From Curvularia clavata (Eukaryota), in assembly GCA_023920165.1 (NCBI GenBank), contig CP089281.1, positions 124,001-188,000 on the forward strand: a stretch of 64,000 nt of DNA, in the 5' to 3' direction. The position numbers and the translations under genes are program-made. The notes under the pieces were generated by a model that was not told the DNA's origin, did no database searches, and saw nothing but the letters and a program-made list of their open reading frames with translations. Numbering within the stretch: position 1 is the stretch's first letter; each line of letters opens with the position of its first letter. This document shows, piece by piece, positions 26,181 through 42,163 of this stretch.

Positions 26181-28068
26181 ATGTCTTCTCTCTTTAAGAA
26201 TCGTTACAAACCCGACAAGAGCACTGGTGGACCGGCTTCTGTAGTTCCATTGGTGACAGCCAATGGAAATTTTCAAGTTACAGATGGAGATCTAAAATAC
26301 GTTGGGGAACAAGGTGGCAACAGCGATTTTCTCGCCTACCAAGAAGCGAGCGGAGCTCCTGTTGAGACGCATTCACCTCTAGGATATAATGTTGGTTCTG
26401 TCACCATTGTGTTCTTGAACTTATCCAAGATGATTGGCACAGGTACTAGTACCCAAACTCCATATTTTGGTCGACGCTAATCAATTCTAGGAATATTTTC
26501 GACGCGTATGTTGAGTGTGTTTTGACCAGAGCGAGAAAAGCTAACAAAAGATCGTAGCCGCGTCGATCCTGAAAGGCACGGGTTCAGTTGGACTAAGTCT
26601 AATTTTCTGGACGATTGGATTCTTCACGTCCATATCTTCGCTATCGGTCTATCTGGAATACGCTTCCTATTTCCCATCTCGATCAGGTTCCGAAGTCGCA
26701 TACCTTGAACAGGCATACCCACGACCAAGATGGTTTTTTCCGACCACCTTCGCGATTCAATCCGTCATCTTGTCTTTCAGTTCCGGCAACGCAGTAGTCA
26801 TGGCCAATTACCTTTACAAGATAGGAGACTATCAAGCCACGTCGTGGGAAACTAAGGGACTTGCTGTCGCTTGCTACTCGGCCGCCGTATTAGTCGTTAT
26901 CTTTCACACTAGAGCATCCTACTGGATCAGCAATGCGATTGGGGTAGTCAAACTTATAACACTAGTGTTCATAAGTATTTTGGGATTAGTGGTATTAGGT
27001 GGACACACCAAGATCGAAAACCCTTCAGCCCATTTTCGGAATGCCTTCGAAGGTAGTTCGTCCGCATATGGTGCTACGAATGCCATGTATAAGATCATAT
27101 TCGCGTGTAAGTCGCGATATCAAATCCGAGAATGATACTTACTGACATACGATACAGATGCCGGGTATGAAAATGCGTTCAATGTGGTCAATGAGGTCAG
27201 GAACCCTGTTAAGAGTATTAGAAACAACGGATTTGGTGCAGTACTACTCGTTGCCATCCTATACATCCTGGCGAATGTCGCGTATTTCGCTGCCATTCCT
27301 AAGGATGAAATTCTTGCAGGGAAAACGATCGCAGCGGGTCTGCTTTTCACCAAAGTGTTCGGCAACCACGGTGCTGTTCGTGGCCTCAACTTCCTTATAG
27401 CACTCAGTTCATTCGGCAATCTTGTTGCCGTCCTTCTGGGGTCTTCGCGATTAATCCGAGAGTGCGGTCGGCAAGGTGTGCTTCCGTGGCCACAGTTCTG
27501 GGCGTCAACCAAACCATTTGGTACTCCAGCGGGACCATACCTTATCAAGTGGGCACTTACTATTCTTGTTATCCTAGCAGTGCCAGCAGGCGATGCGTTC
27601 GCATTCATCACTGATCTCCAGGTATATCCCTCATCCTGTTTTAATCTCCTCATGGCTCTCGGACTCTACGTGTTGCGGTTTCGCCGCAATCGTCTCGGAC
27701 TACCTAGGCCTACATTCCGAGTTTGGAGCCCAGTACTAGTCTTCAATATCTTGGTTCAGCTGTACTTGATAATCATGCCCTGGTATCCGCCAACTGGCGG
27801 AGCGACAGGTGGAGATGTCAGCTTCTGGTACGGTACTTACATTGTTGTTGGAATTGGTATACTGCTTGTATGCGGACTATACTACTACGTCTGGATCATC
27901 TGGCTCCCTAAAATCAAAGGCTATAAGGTGCGTCAGGAGATTTTTGATCTCGGAGATGGCGCACAAACACATGTGCTTGTGAAGGTACCATACGACCAGG
28001 TTGATAAATGGGATGCCCTGCATGACCCATACGGTAGAAAGACCAATCAGAATGGGCTTGTTGAGTAA
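26181..28068 (+). CDS. APC-family amino acid permease, high-affinity methionine permease (MUP1)-like
   Basis: SKMIGTG(IFST), GSVGLSLIFW, YLEYASYFPSRSGSEVAYLEQAYPRP, AGYENAFNVVNEVRNP, ECGRQGVLP motifs; several introns. Confidence 0.9.
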
Positions 28069-28815
28069 GGGTCGTTCGTCAAAAGAGGTGTACCGAAGTC
28101 TTTGCTTGTTTAGGGTGGCAGCGGATTGAGGCTGTTAGAAAATTCATTGGACGATTATGGAAAATTTCTACTTTGTACGTGTTGATACTCGATCGTGACT
28201 GAAGTATTCAACGATTCTAAATGGCTAACTTCCTGGAAGCTGTTGCGTGCCGATGGAGTCGAGCTTAGCTGCGATTGAGCATCAAAATTTCTTCACACTA
28301 AAATCATGTACAAGACTCAGCCTCTTCGGCGTCAATAGCGGTAAGTGCAGTATACATACATCTGCTTTGGTAGTATTGAAGATGGTGGTTGGGCCGGTGG
28401 TGGCGAGGCAGAACAAGCATTGAAACCGTCCCATGCGCATTGGCCAGTAACTCTGTCTAGCACGATACACGCCACGCTAGCATAAAAACGACGTCATTGG
28501 ATAGGTGTATGCCTTGTGGCTGATGATGCACAGGTCGAATCCGCCTTAGGGCTCAGAACAGGGGCTTTACCCAAAAGGGTCGCTACGTTGGCCAAGAATC
28601 TACAATCGGAAGTTTCTTGGGGATCAGGCGTCCAGCATGTACAGCCGCAAGGCAGTGCCAATAGTAATTGAGCACAACCACCCTCACACGATCATATCGG
28701 CGAGCTGTAAGTTCAAGATTTAAAGCATCGAGTTGCTCTCCGTAACTCGCTCAAAAACCCAGATACCATTCACATCATTCAAACTTGCATTGATACATTC
28801 TACAAAAAAATTACA

Positions 28816-29601
28816 ATGACTTACACAAACACCTCAACCGCTTTCGAGCCCTCAGAATCGACACCACACAATTACCAAATGTCGACAATGCCTCCTTCAT
28901 CGACCACTAAGCCCTACGATGACCAGATGCATGACTCAAGTGACGAAGAGCTCACAAAATCGCACCACGACCATATCTCAGAATCACAAGGTCTACACCT
29001 CGTTGTCGACTTTGCCTGGAGCAAATTTCGAAACATCATCAACCAAAAGCTGCCAGATGGCCGTCTTGAGCCCCTCTACGTCCAGCACTTCCGTCCCACA
29101 AAGCCGCAGCTCAGGTTCGGGTATGCCGACCCCACGGATCCGACCAAAGAGCGAAAAGCAGACATTGCAAGTGGCACGATCAACAATGTGGCTATCGATG
29201 GCGAGTGTATGATTCACGGCCGCACAATCCACATTAAGCCGCTCAAGCGCTGGAGAACACAGTACAACTACCTCTCTCATGCAATTCCATCAGTAAACTC
29301 TGATCCTGTGCCAATCAACTGGGTCGCGAAATGCTCGCTGAAATACTGGAACTTTGTATGCATCAATACGCAAACGCAGGAGCCGATTGCAAAATTCAGT
29401 GTGAATTTCTGGGCAATCAAGCAGGTTGGCAACATCTACTTTGAGAAGCCGAGAGAGATGATCAGTCAGGAGGTATTGGATGAGCTGGTCGTAACTGGTA
29501 TGACAATCGTGTATATCATGATGACGAGGACGAATAACCCATTCAATATCGTTGGCGCGGTATTTGCGAAGACGGGAAAGGTAGAGGGTAGTGAGGCATA
29601 G
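28816..29601 (+). CDS. Hypothetical fungal protein
   Basis: Intronless 261-aa ORF with good Kozak-like context (ttacaATG); globular C-terminal part ending in a LDELVVTG helix. Confidence 0.7.
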   Translation: MTYTNTSTAFEPSESTPHNYQMSTMPPSSTTKPYDDQMHDSSDEELTKSHHDHISESQGLHLVVDFAWSKFRNIINQKLPDGRLEPLYVQHFRPTKPQLRFGYADPTDPTKERKADIASGTINNVAIDGECMIHGRTIHIKPLKRWRTQYNYLSHAIPSVNSDPVPINWVAKCSLKYWNFVCINTQTQEPIAKFSVNFWAIKQVGNIYFEKPREMISQEVLDELVVTGMTIVYIMMTRTNNPFNIVGAVFAKTGKVEGSEA

Positions 29602-30242
29602 AGTAACAATATGTTCAAGAGCTCATAGGGATGGGCCATCTGAAGCAAGTTTTGGTGTATCTTCATTCGTAGTTTCTAGATCTCTCTTTTTTGATATTAT
29701 CTCATAGGATAGAAATGCAGGATCACATTTGCTTTTTAAATGACTTGACTGTGGAAGCCACTGAGTGTTAGAACACAGAGAATTTTGATTTGGAAAAACA
29801 GAGAAAGAACGTGGTTTGTTGGGATTGTCGTGTTGCAAGACGTGTAGTCGGTTTCGAAAATGGCAAACGAAGCTTCCAAGACGATGCGATCAGCATGATG
29901 AGCATATTGACCATCGCACCCATTCAACTCATGTAGGTAAACGTGTAGGATTTGAGGGTTAATTTCGCTGACCGCCGCCCTGCGTTGTTTCGCTAACATG
30001 GTTACGTATGCAGCTGCTTACCTAGAAGACTTTTGGTTCGTCCGCAGTCAAGGCCGCAGTAAGTCAGCATCTTGTTATACCGGTCGCTCCAACATCCGAG
30101 GGTTTTACGCCTTTGTTTTCCTTCTCAATAATCGCTATCGCAGACGCATAATCGAGCCTTTCATCCCCACGGATCATAATCTATGCATTAAATCTATCTC
30201 TCAACGAAGTATTCTAATCTTTGAGCAGGCCATCTTCCTAAT

Positions 30243-31934
30243 CTACTTATTATGCCCGGTGGCAACTCCCCAGAAGTAAGCTGCCCAAGCACCCGCGATG
30301 AGAAACAAAAGAGCGATAAATAATGCCATGCTAACTCGCCTATTCCTTTGAGCTTTAGGACCGGTGGCAAACATATCCTTCCTCTCGTTGATGAGGTCGC
30401 CTTTTGTTATTCTTTGTTTCCGAGTCCATTGTAGATGTCCAACATCTGGGGTGACAAAGCCACATGCTACAAGCGTAGCCGCGACAATGACTGAACCAGC
30501 GGCGAGAATTACGTAGACAATCACCACGTTGTCATATGAATTTTTATCGCGATCTTGGATGACGCCAGTGATGATTCGGATGATGATGTTCATGCTGTTG
30601 TTCACAGCAATCTTGACTGCATAGCCCGAACCAAACACCTCTTGGTACCACATGGATGTGCGGATAGAATCGATGATCACAGTCGGCCCAAACATGGATG
30701 CGACGCCAAAGATACCAAATGAAGCTGCTGTCCCGGCAATGGTGGGGCCCCATGCTGCCAGGCACATGGATACGAGCATACCCACACCACAAAAGAGCAT
30801 CAGAGAGAGACGGTTTCCTAGCAGGTCGACGAAAACACCGATTAGGGGAACGAGAAAGAAACCTAGATATTGCGACATGGCTGAGTACCAACCGGCTGTC
30901 ACAGCGTCGATGTTGAAACGCAACTCGGCCATCTCGGTCGCATTCTGAGAGTAGACGACTGCTGCGCTTGTTTGGAAGAGCGAAAAGGCTACGACGCCCC
31001 AGAAAGGCCAGGGTAGCCTTAGCGTTTTACCAAGTTCGAACTTCTTGTTGCTCTCTGTGAGTTTCTCACCCGTTGCTGGGTCAGCAGTACCCGAGTAGAC
31101 CTTCATGCACCATCGGAAGAAGAACCAGTAGCCGAGGGTCATAACGTTGGTGAAGAGGTTCATGAAGACGGCTGTCCAGTATACCCAACTGAAATCTCCG
31201 GTGTTTTTTGCAATGACGTTTGCAGTCGCCTTACCGACAAAGGATCCAATCTTGCCGACGCCAAGCTCAAACCCAAGTGTGGAGGCAAAACCATTGGAAG
31301 GCGCGAACCATGAGCTGAAGATTTTGTACTGGGCGACCTGAGTAGCGATGTCTCCAAACGCTTGTACGACAACTCCAAAGATCATGAACTTGTAGGAGCG
31401 GACGGTGGTGGCAGCAGCAATGAATATAGCGCCAACGCTGTAGATGGCATTTCCCCAGAGCATAGCATCTATTCACAAGGGTAAGTGAGATTGCTTTGAA
31501 GTTGTGGGCAAGAGGGATCACGAACTTGCGCCACCAACCCTGTCGGTGACAAGACCACTGACAAGAATCAATGCAGTCTTCATGAAGTCTTCGCTCGCTT
31601 CCAGGACGGCATACTGAGCGTTGTTGATATGCAATTGCTATTCATCGTCAATGACAGCTCCATGGTCGAGGATACGGACTGAGGGTCATGCCTTCTTGAG
31701 CGTGCTTTTCATTGCGCCAGTCACACCGCTGCTCCAGTGAGACCCAAACCCAATCGCTGTCACCAAAAGGACGGCGAAAAGTTTCATCTTCATGGGCACA
31801 TGATCTGATCTAGAGGTGGAGGCGTCACTGCTTGCAGTTGCGGCATGATGGTTGAGCTCTTGAGCAGCATGAACGTGACCGGATTTTTCGTCAATGTCAC
31901 CCTGCACTTGGGTCACAGCAGTTGCGGTATGCAT
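30243..31934 (-). CDS. MFS transporter (MFSD1-like)
   Basis: GFGSHWSSGVTGAMK, SGLVTDRVGG, QYKIFSSWFAP, GVFVDLLGNR motifs; ~12 hydrophobic segments; two introns near the 5' end. Confidence 0.88.
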
Positions 31935-32736
31935 GATGAGTTGAAGCGAGAGTCAAAGAGGTGAAGGATCAGATAAGATGAGTTATCAGGGCCAGGCGAG
32001 GGGGCGGGTTTTGTATGATTGTCTAGCACAGAATGCGTTACTGTGACCCGAGACTCCACCATCGGAGCAGCGCAGCTTTCGGCCCTTTGTCTCGCGATTC
32101 TGCTCGACCGCACACAGCCCGGAAAGGCTTGGGAACGCCTTCGGCTTGGCAAGCATGATGCTGGATCCACGGTGGTACGATGCAGTGTGCTTTTCCTAGA
32201 ACTGATTCGGCCTATCTTGGGCCAGAATGGAGTTGGTGTAGTTCACGCAGGTGTGTCGATCATGCCAGGGACAAGCTTTGGGTCTCTCGTGGCATCACTA
32301 GCGGGGAGGATTCGGCAGCTTGGGTTCGGCATTAGGTCGTGACAATGGCAATGACAACGGTGTCGCCGGCACGCGCGTGGGTGTGGAGCCTGGCGGGCGA
32401 AAATTTTATCAGATGCTGCGAGATAAGATGCTAGCGTGCTTGGCGCTGGCAGCTCAGGAACGCGAGCCAATCGTGTGCCTGGCTGCGCAGCTCGACATTC
32501 ACCACCTGCACCCGATAATCGCTGCCAAAGCCAACTAGTGATTGCTTAGCTGAAGCTGAAGCTGGCCTTGCCACCGTCCTAGTTTACGTCCAATTCTCAC
32601 ACCCTGCACGTCTACTAGGTATCCCTACGGTGTACGTGAGCGCGTTCTAAGGCCGCCGCGCAGAATTTGCAACACGTGATTGAACATTTGCGATATTATA
32701 ATATACTGCCATTTCAAACACCAAGCCAGAGGAACA

Positions 32737-34329
32737 ATGTCGGATTTCCAAACAGCTAGCGAGCGCTTCCTAGCCTGGTTTACAAGTTCAGGTGGCGTAT
32801 TTTGTGATGATCTATTGGAAATTCAAGACTTGAGATCCAAAGACGCCGGGCGTGGCATTCGTAAGTGCACCAATGCTATCCCAGTGCAGTTGTAATTGTA
32901 CTAATTCTTGTCCAGTCGCAAATAAAGACATCCCTGAAGACACAACTCTGTTCACAATACCAAGGGACCTCATCATCAATCTACACACATCAAAACTTGC
33001 TGAGAAAATTCCCGAAGTCTTTGATGACCCCACAAATGAGGAGGACGAAGAAGAAGACGAAGTTGAACCTCTAGACTCATGGGGCTCACTTATTCTTGTC
33101 ATGTTGTACGAGTACCTACAGGGTGAGAGCTCACGATGGAAGCCATATTTCGACATATTGCCTCAGACCTTCGAAACGCCGATATTCTGGTCAGAGGCGG
33201 AACTTAAAGAACTCGAGGGCACGTCTCTCACAACGGAAAAGATCGGAAAGAAAGAGAGCGACTCAATGCTGCGATCGCGAATCCTGCCCATCATTACAAA
33301 GCACCCCGAAGTTTTCTATTCCGACGACGCTCCTCGACTAGACGAAGAAGAGCTTCTCGCACTGGCCCATCGCATGGGCAGCACCATCATGGCATACGCG
33401 TTTGATCTAGAGAATGAAGGCGACCAGTCAGAGGATGAGGAAGATGGCTGGGTTGAAGATCGAGAAGGCAAGACCCTCATGGGCATGGTACCCATGGCCG
33501 ACATGCTCAACGCGAACGCAGAATTCAACGTAAGATTCTCAATCGCTACGTTATGTATCGCACTAATGATGAGGGTTCCAGGCTCACGTCCATCATGGTG
33601 ACCAACTCCAAGTCACTTCGCTTCCTGAAAGCATCCCTGCCGGGTCCGAGATCCTGAATTACTACGGACCTTTACCTTCCTCAGAGCTGCTTCGACGATA
33701 CGGCTACGTAACACCTGAGCACAGACGGTACGATATCGCCGAACTTCCCTGGAGCCTCGTTCGCTCAGCACTCGCCGAGGAACTCGAACTGTCGCAAGAC
33801 GTTATTGCAGAGATTGAGGTAAGCATCTTTTTTCTTTCATCTTTGCTCACGATAGGAGACATATGAGCTGACATTCGTGGAGGGCGAGATGGAGATGAAG
33901 ATGGATACTGAGCTTGAGGAGTACTTCATAATCGAGCGCGACTCGGGCGAGCCATCATCTCATGGCACTTTTACCCAGCCAGCAGTGCTCCGCGAGATAT
34001 CGCCAGAACTCGAAGAGCAGTTCAAAACATTCCTGAAGGTCTTCAAAAAGCGCGACTCTAAAAGAAAACGCAGCGATGACATGTTCAATACCGTCGTGGA
34101 GAAGGCTTTGAAGGCTAGACTAGCACAGTACCCCACGTCTATCGAGCATGACGAGGAGCTTCTCAACAGGGAAGACTTGGCTAAAAGGCATCGCATGGCT
34201 GTCGAAGTGAGGTTGGGTGAAAAGAGGTTGTTACAAGAGGCGCTGGCTCTGATACATGCTGATGGAAACACTGCGCATGAGGACACGAATGGGGGGCGGG
34301 GCAGCAAAAAGGCGAAGCGCGCCTCTTGA
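32737..34329 (+). CDS. SET-domain lysine methyltransferase, RKM4/SETD6-like
   Basis: GRGI(VA), LFTIPR, SRWKPYFDILP, MVPMADMLNA, EILNYYG..ELLRRYGY, then a Rubisco-LSMT-like C-terminus (RLAQYPTS...AVEVRLGEK); three introns. Confidence 0.9.
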
Positions 34330-34458
34330 ACTCCTCTGTAAACAAAACAGCCCCTCCTTGTACTATATCGTTCTATGAACCCCTACTTGATAGGTTCGGA
34401 AAAAGTCATGTCCATTTCACTATCGTGTGGAATAGAGAAACTATCGTTATGTTATTGC

Positions 34459-36478
<2,020 letters not shown>

Positions 36479-37132
36479 TTTGCTGAAAAGCCTTTCGCTG
36501 CTGCAGATCGGGCGATTTTGACGGCTTCAGTTCAAGCCTTTCTGTTGAAATGAAGAAAAAGAGTAAAATCGACGTAAATTTGGGTGGCGGAAAGCACTTG
36601 AAAAAGGTCCCATGAGTTGCAGGGGAACCTGGGAGACTGCATGGAATTTTGATGCACGTTCTGATGACGAAAGCCTATATGTACTAATTTCCACATCATA
36701 AAATCTCTGAGCGATGTTGTTATGATTTCGACAAGATGAAATAGGCCTTACGAAAAGGGATATGCAGGTTGATGGAAGATTGATTTCAGGGCGAACAAAT
36801 TATGACACGAAATTGATGAAACTTCGTGCCACTCAGTCTTGAATGTTCCAATAGTGACGCCATTCTGATGCAGATCGTGAAAGATAGTTTTCATTGACAC
36901 GTGTTGGAGGATACACAAGCACCCCGAGGTTTGCCTAGCATCGAAAGGTCTTTTGCAACGTATTCATGTTTTTCTCCATTCTCTGCTTTTACGGTTAGAC
37001 TTCATATCATGCCACTATTCCTAACACTGTGCTGGTATAGCGTTATGTATTGTTCAAGTTCAAAAAGCACAGATAGTTCTCCGAAAATATTCTTTTCGAA
37101 CAAACGAAGAATAAAACTAATCAGTAAACTAT

Positions 37133-38699
37133 CTATCCACTATAGTTATAAACGTTAGAGTTGAACCTCAAATTACACAGCCAATCCTCCAAAGCTGCCT
37201 CGTCTATATCCCTCAGCCATTGCTCTGTTTTATGACGCACTGTAGTTGAAAGTCTCTCATACTCCGACTTGTCATTCATGAGCTTATTCACCACTTTTAC
37301 CCATGATCGTACGTCCTGTTCAGGGACAATATATGCTCCATCTTTGTCGCGTTCACCACTAATTGGATTCACCGGGACAATGTGATCCAGTCCGAGCATA
37401 GCTTCAGGAAGTGCGCCTGAATTAGATGAGATGACCGGAATGCCTCGAAGATGGGCTTCGATTAGCACTATCCCCCAGGCCTCGAGTCAGAGAGATGGAA
37501 CAAGAAGCAATTTGATATCACGCCAGGCTTCCACCATATCTGTAAAAGTTGGGCAAATTCTGCATGACACCCACATTAGTTCACAATACCTGATCCGCAT
37601 AATGCTACAAGGTCAGACTCACGTGATGTTAGGCAGTTCTTTCATTTGGTTGCCAATTTTATCATCAAATCCCCAGCTCTTGTAAACCAGGAAATCATAT
37701 TGAGGGCATGACTTGACAAGATCGATAAAAATCGGCGATCCCTTGACGACGCATGGATTGATCATGCAAAGGAAATTCTTGTCCCGGTTAAGTAGATGGG
37801 CCGGTGGACTGTGACTTCTTTCCTCAAGGTACGTCCAGGGATGATGTACGAAAAAGCTAGTCTGTAGCTGTCCATGCTCAAGAGCATACTGTTTGATGGC
37901 ACTGGAGACACTCCAAATACCGTCGAGCATTTGCAGTGATTTTGACTCGCTGGGTGAGCTGGTGTGGCTAGGCAGACCACCAGCAAAAGGTCCAAAAGGC
38001 AGCTGCTCGGCAGTATGCACAACGCCAACACGACACACATTTAAACTCGGCATTTGAAGGGCGCAAGTCGCCTGCATAGACAATCCATCATTACTGATGA
38101 TGTGTGTGGGCGAGAAGAGCGTTATATCTTGCTGCAGAAAGGAGGCAAAATCAGATAGCCTCGCCGATGTCGTCCCGGTCTAGAGAAGAGTTAGAAATGC
38201 CAGGGTTGCACACTGCTACAGTTATAGAGTAGATTCATACCTGAATGTATTCTGCTATTTCCCTCGCTATCGCGTTGAATACTTCCTTCTTGCCGCCAAA
38301 TGCTGCGTCGAATGCCTCGTTATCCAACGCTACAACCTGAACGCCATCGTCCATGACAAACTCATGGACAGCGACATCAGTTCCCGACCCATTTTTTTCA
38401 GCCCTCAAATGTAAAAACCGCTTGCGCGGATTTGTATCACGGCTAATCCCTTTAGCCATGATCTTGGTATATGTCTCTGCCTCGCCACGATGTGAATAGC
38501 AGAGCTGGCGGACTGAATGACCACGCGAGGCTAGATAACGCAATAAACAGATATTTGCTTTGTAACCACCTGAAGAAGAGAAAAGACCCTTGGCAGTCTG
38601 AACGAGGAATACTCGTATAGGGGCCCGACCCGGACCGGAGGCGGAGGCGCCTGAGGAGGTACTGGAAGAGTAAGAGTGGGTAAGGGATCGGTGCAACAT
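37133..38699 (-). pseudogene. GT4-like (GT-B) glycosyltransferase with a premature stop
   Basis: SGGYKAN N-terminal motif, INPCVVKG, and LLVPSL*LEAWGIVLIEAHLRGIPVISSNSGALPEA, with TGA at 37487-37489 where a Trp is expected; two introns. Confidence 0.8.
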
Positions 38700-40136
38700 C
38701 GTGATAGAATGCTAATAATTTGTAGAATGCATGTGTAATTTGGAGAGATGAATGAATTGATAGAGAGTAAAGAGGAGGTGTGATATTTATGTTGCGAAAA
38801 CAGAGAGGTATCATCAAGAAACATCCGCATACTCTCGGAAGCGCAACATGGGGTGGCACGTCTTCAAGAGCTTCTAACGTCAGAAAACTGTCAATGTGTA
38901 GCAATTTTAGTGAGAAGAGCCAGGATGTTGAGACAAATCCCGCGGTTCAGACCTACTGGGATTTATCCCGGCTTTCACTGCACACTGTATCTTGTTACGA
39001 GATTCACCGCCTGCGTATGTGCAGCAAGTAACCAGAATCAATCACCGATTCACTCAGATACCAAGAGTGCTTTATTTTGCAGAATGCTAGCATTTGATAG
39101 TCATATATACCAGCTCTAACAACACCTTTTGTACGCTATTATGTGTCTCCTAACACACATGAAATGTGAAATAGTCATCGCATCAAGATATGACAAAACT
39201 ATTGTTGGACTATTGCGTCTGGTAAACTGAGAAATGCAAAGAGAGTCATAATGATCTATCCTAAGTGTGGATTGCAGCATACCCATGTTCAAAAGCTCCC
39301 ACAGTGCCTTGATATGAGCTGATAACGTCACGTTTATATCAAGTGAACGCAACAACAATAGCGAACACCTCGGATGCCTGTGAGAGCTTCACTAATGAAT
39401 CATCTCTCATTCCACAAATTTACCAGTAGATATGCTCATTTGAGGAGTGTTATCGTTCATTTGAACCAAAGAAGGATATCAAGTCCGCACACAGTATGCA
39501 CATGATCGAGTTAGCGAGGTTTCTGCAGATCTGCCAGGAATAGCAGGAAAACTTTCATAATCAGCTGCAAATGGGTTCAACTATTCTATTCTGTATGCAT
39601 GTTTAGTCAATAGTGTTATATGATCATGTGATAAAATCCTGTAAGACTCTTGCAATAGCCACATTAACATGTTGAACATCAATGACCAGATGAAGACGCA
39701 CTAAAGAGCAAAACTGGTATTGAATTCCTGGATAAGGACAGAGTTTTGGAGCATCCCATACACATTCTATCAGCCTTCCCTATCCTGAGCTGCTCATCCT
39801 ACGTATTTTTGGCATCAATCTGAGCTCATAGATCATTCTGCGATACACTTGTCACCCTAACCTGAAAACGATTGCCAGATAAAACAATAACTGCCACTTA
39901 CGCACGTTACCAAACGCTTTAACAATTTCTTGCAAACATTCAAACGCATAGTGAATTTGGGAAATGAGCTCATTTTCAACCAATTCTCCTTCCTCAGAAT
40001 TATTGGTTCTCAACAATTGCTCGGGCCTGGCAATTCCTCACATAAAGTGAGCCTTGTACGTACACCAAGATCGCAAAGTAGACTGCAACTGGATTTCTCA
40101 GAATGCTAATTGACAATGTGGCCTTTGGAATCAGGC

Positions 40137-41141
40137 TTAGCATGATGGCTCGTCCTCATTCTGTAGTTTGGCTAGTCGTTTTCGTGTGGCAAGGGAGCCA
40201 TAGATGGTGATTAGTGAGGAAAGCACAGGTGCCACAAGGAACAGCCCAATAAGCACAGCGCATAGAATCATGGCGAATATTGCGAACCCGTATGCTGCTT
40301 GTTGAAGATCGGCATCTGGGCGTTGAGAGTGTGCCGACAACGACAGATTGAAAGCCGACAGAACAATGACGATGACACCAAATGCCGACACTGCGTTATT
40401 GTACTGATCCATATAAGGCACATAGCTTTCGGACAGCGCATGTGGGAATCCTTGAAAGATGCTGGAAACAGAGAGCTGTTGAGGCGAATATCGGTAGATA
40501 GTGTCGAGTCGATGCAATCGCAACTCGCCGTAGTGAAACCTTATATCCACGGTGTTTGGATCCTTGGGATTGAGGTTTGGTAGTACCATACGAGCAAATT
40601 CCGACCATGCTCGGTAGTTCAAATTGATGTTGACAAGATGACAGTCTTGTGCCACCTGTAAATCATGACCAAAGCGGATGAGGCCACAATAAGAGTACAG
40701 AAGCCCACATGCGCCTCGGTATAACTCAGGTTTGCAGCATATGTGGGTCTCCCAGAAATCGTAATTGAGTAGAAAGTCTGGAAGCGGCTTGAGGAAGATT
40801 CTTGACTTTGACCAAACAAGATGAAGGTCAAGTTCTTCCGCAATGACTATTTCGCGGCGAAGGAATTTCTGATAATACAAAGACCGTGGTGCTCCAGGGA
40901 CTGCAATCAGCCACAGCATCTTGCGTATGGTCTTGAATCGGGAAAGATCAAAAAAAGCACACAGAAATCTGTGTACCTCATCTTTATCGTCGAATCTCAA
41001 TGGCTGCAGCTCCCTCGCTACTGGAGATATTTCGTTGAAGCCCGCAGGAAGGACTAGGTCGTCCCATGAAATCAATGAAGATCCTGGCGGGAACGGCGGT
41101 TTGAATTCCTGCGATGCAGCCTTCTTCCCAGATTTTTCCAT
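40137..41141 (-). CDS. DUF6601-like fungal membrane-anchored protein
   Basis: 334-aa ORF with LHLVW..RIFLKPLP.FLL, GLLYSY..LIR and RFHYGELRL.RL motifs and two C-terminal hydrophobic helices. Family name recalled from memory. Confidence 0.75.
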   Translation of the reverse strand: MEKSGKKAASQEFKPPFPPGSSLISWDDLVLPAGFNEISPVARELQPLRFDDKDEVHRFLCAFFDLSRFKTIRKMLWLIAVPGAPRSLYYQKFLRREIVIAEELDLHLVWSKSRIFLKPLPDFLLNYDFWETHICCKPELYRGACGLLYSYCGLIRFGHDLQVAQDCHLVNINLNYRAWSEFARMVLPNLNPKDPNTVDIRFHYGELRLHRLDTIYRYSPQQLSVSSIFQGFPHALSESYVPYMDQYNNAVSAFGVIVIVLSAFNLSLSAHSQRPDADLQQAAYGFAIFAMILCAVLIGLFLVAPVLSSLITIYGSLATRKRLAKLQNEDEPSC

Positions 41142-42163
41142 CGAGACGATAGTGCGATAGGGATTTCAGAGCAAAAAACAGAGGAGAAAATGTAGTTGCA
41201 CCAGATTTTTTGGCTGGGAGATCTCTTTGTCGATGTATTCATATAGTCCTCGGAACAATGTCAAGCTCTTGGGAGATGTCGAAATTTCTTTTTCATTGAC
41301 ACGCAGGAGATGACTATCCTTGACGAAATTATGAATCGATAATCCTTAATATATTTTTCCCAAGATCTTGTCATCCTTTTCCATCTGGATGGGCTTCCAG
41401 GATGAGGAAATTCGAAACGAGAGGCTGTATGGCTATGTCGTGACTGTGACGTAGTTTGTGAAGTTGGACGCTAGTTCGTTCTATTGGTATTACTTCATCC
41501 ACAGACGAGCAACATTGGCAACGCGAAGCACTGTTCATCCAAGAATCACATGAAGGACTTAACATGGGGTTCATGCAACCGTCCAGTTTAGGTGTGGGCC
41601 TGTGCGCTACTGTCAGCATGATGCTACAATGAGAGCATTGAGCCGCACGCCAGGTCCGATGCATAGACTTAAACTTTGCAAGAAGAATGGTGCGAATAGA
41701 TGTGTCTTCTACTATGAGATACGTTTGCTCTCCTGACGACACCCTCGCATGTCATCTGAGGATGTAGCCAAACCGTCAGCGTACTGAAATCCGTGAACCA
41801 GTGGCAAGTATAAGGATTGGCCTGCATGTGATATTTACAAAGCGTCAGAATTATTTCATGTTTCCATACTTTGGTTCCCATAAGTAAAAGGCATTTAGAG
41901 GCTGCGCATCATTTGCGTCAGGCAAAGATAATTCTGAACGAAGTCGAACGTAGAAAATGTACTGCGTGAATGCGCAAAGATGACACTGTAGTGATGATGT
42001 GTGTCGTACCATACAACCCCGATAGTGCAACCCAAGCGCTCTATATAATATCCTTGCTTCTCATGGGTTATGGCCCTCAAGTGTGTGGTAAAGATAAGAA
42101 CAATTTCTATCTGACTCCCTTGAAACTTCACAATCAACCAAGAAAGCTCACTAGCAAACCACA

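Noticed and set aside
37487..37489. TGA at conserved Trp positions (here and at 15056) as a sign of stop-codon reassignment
   Set aside because: Intact genes in the window end at TGA (GH43, SET, isochorismatase) and use TGG for Trp; these are simple G>A nonsense mutations.
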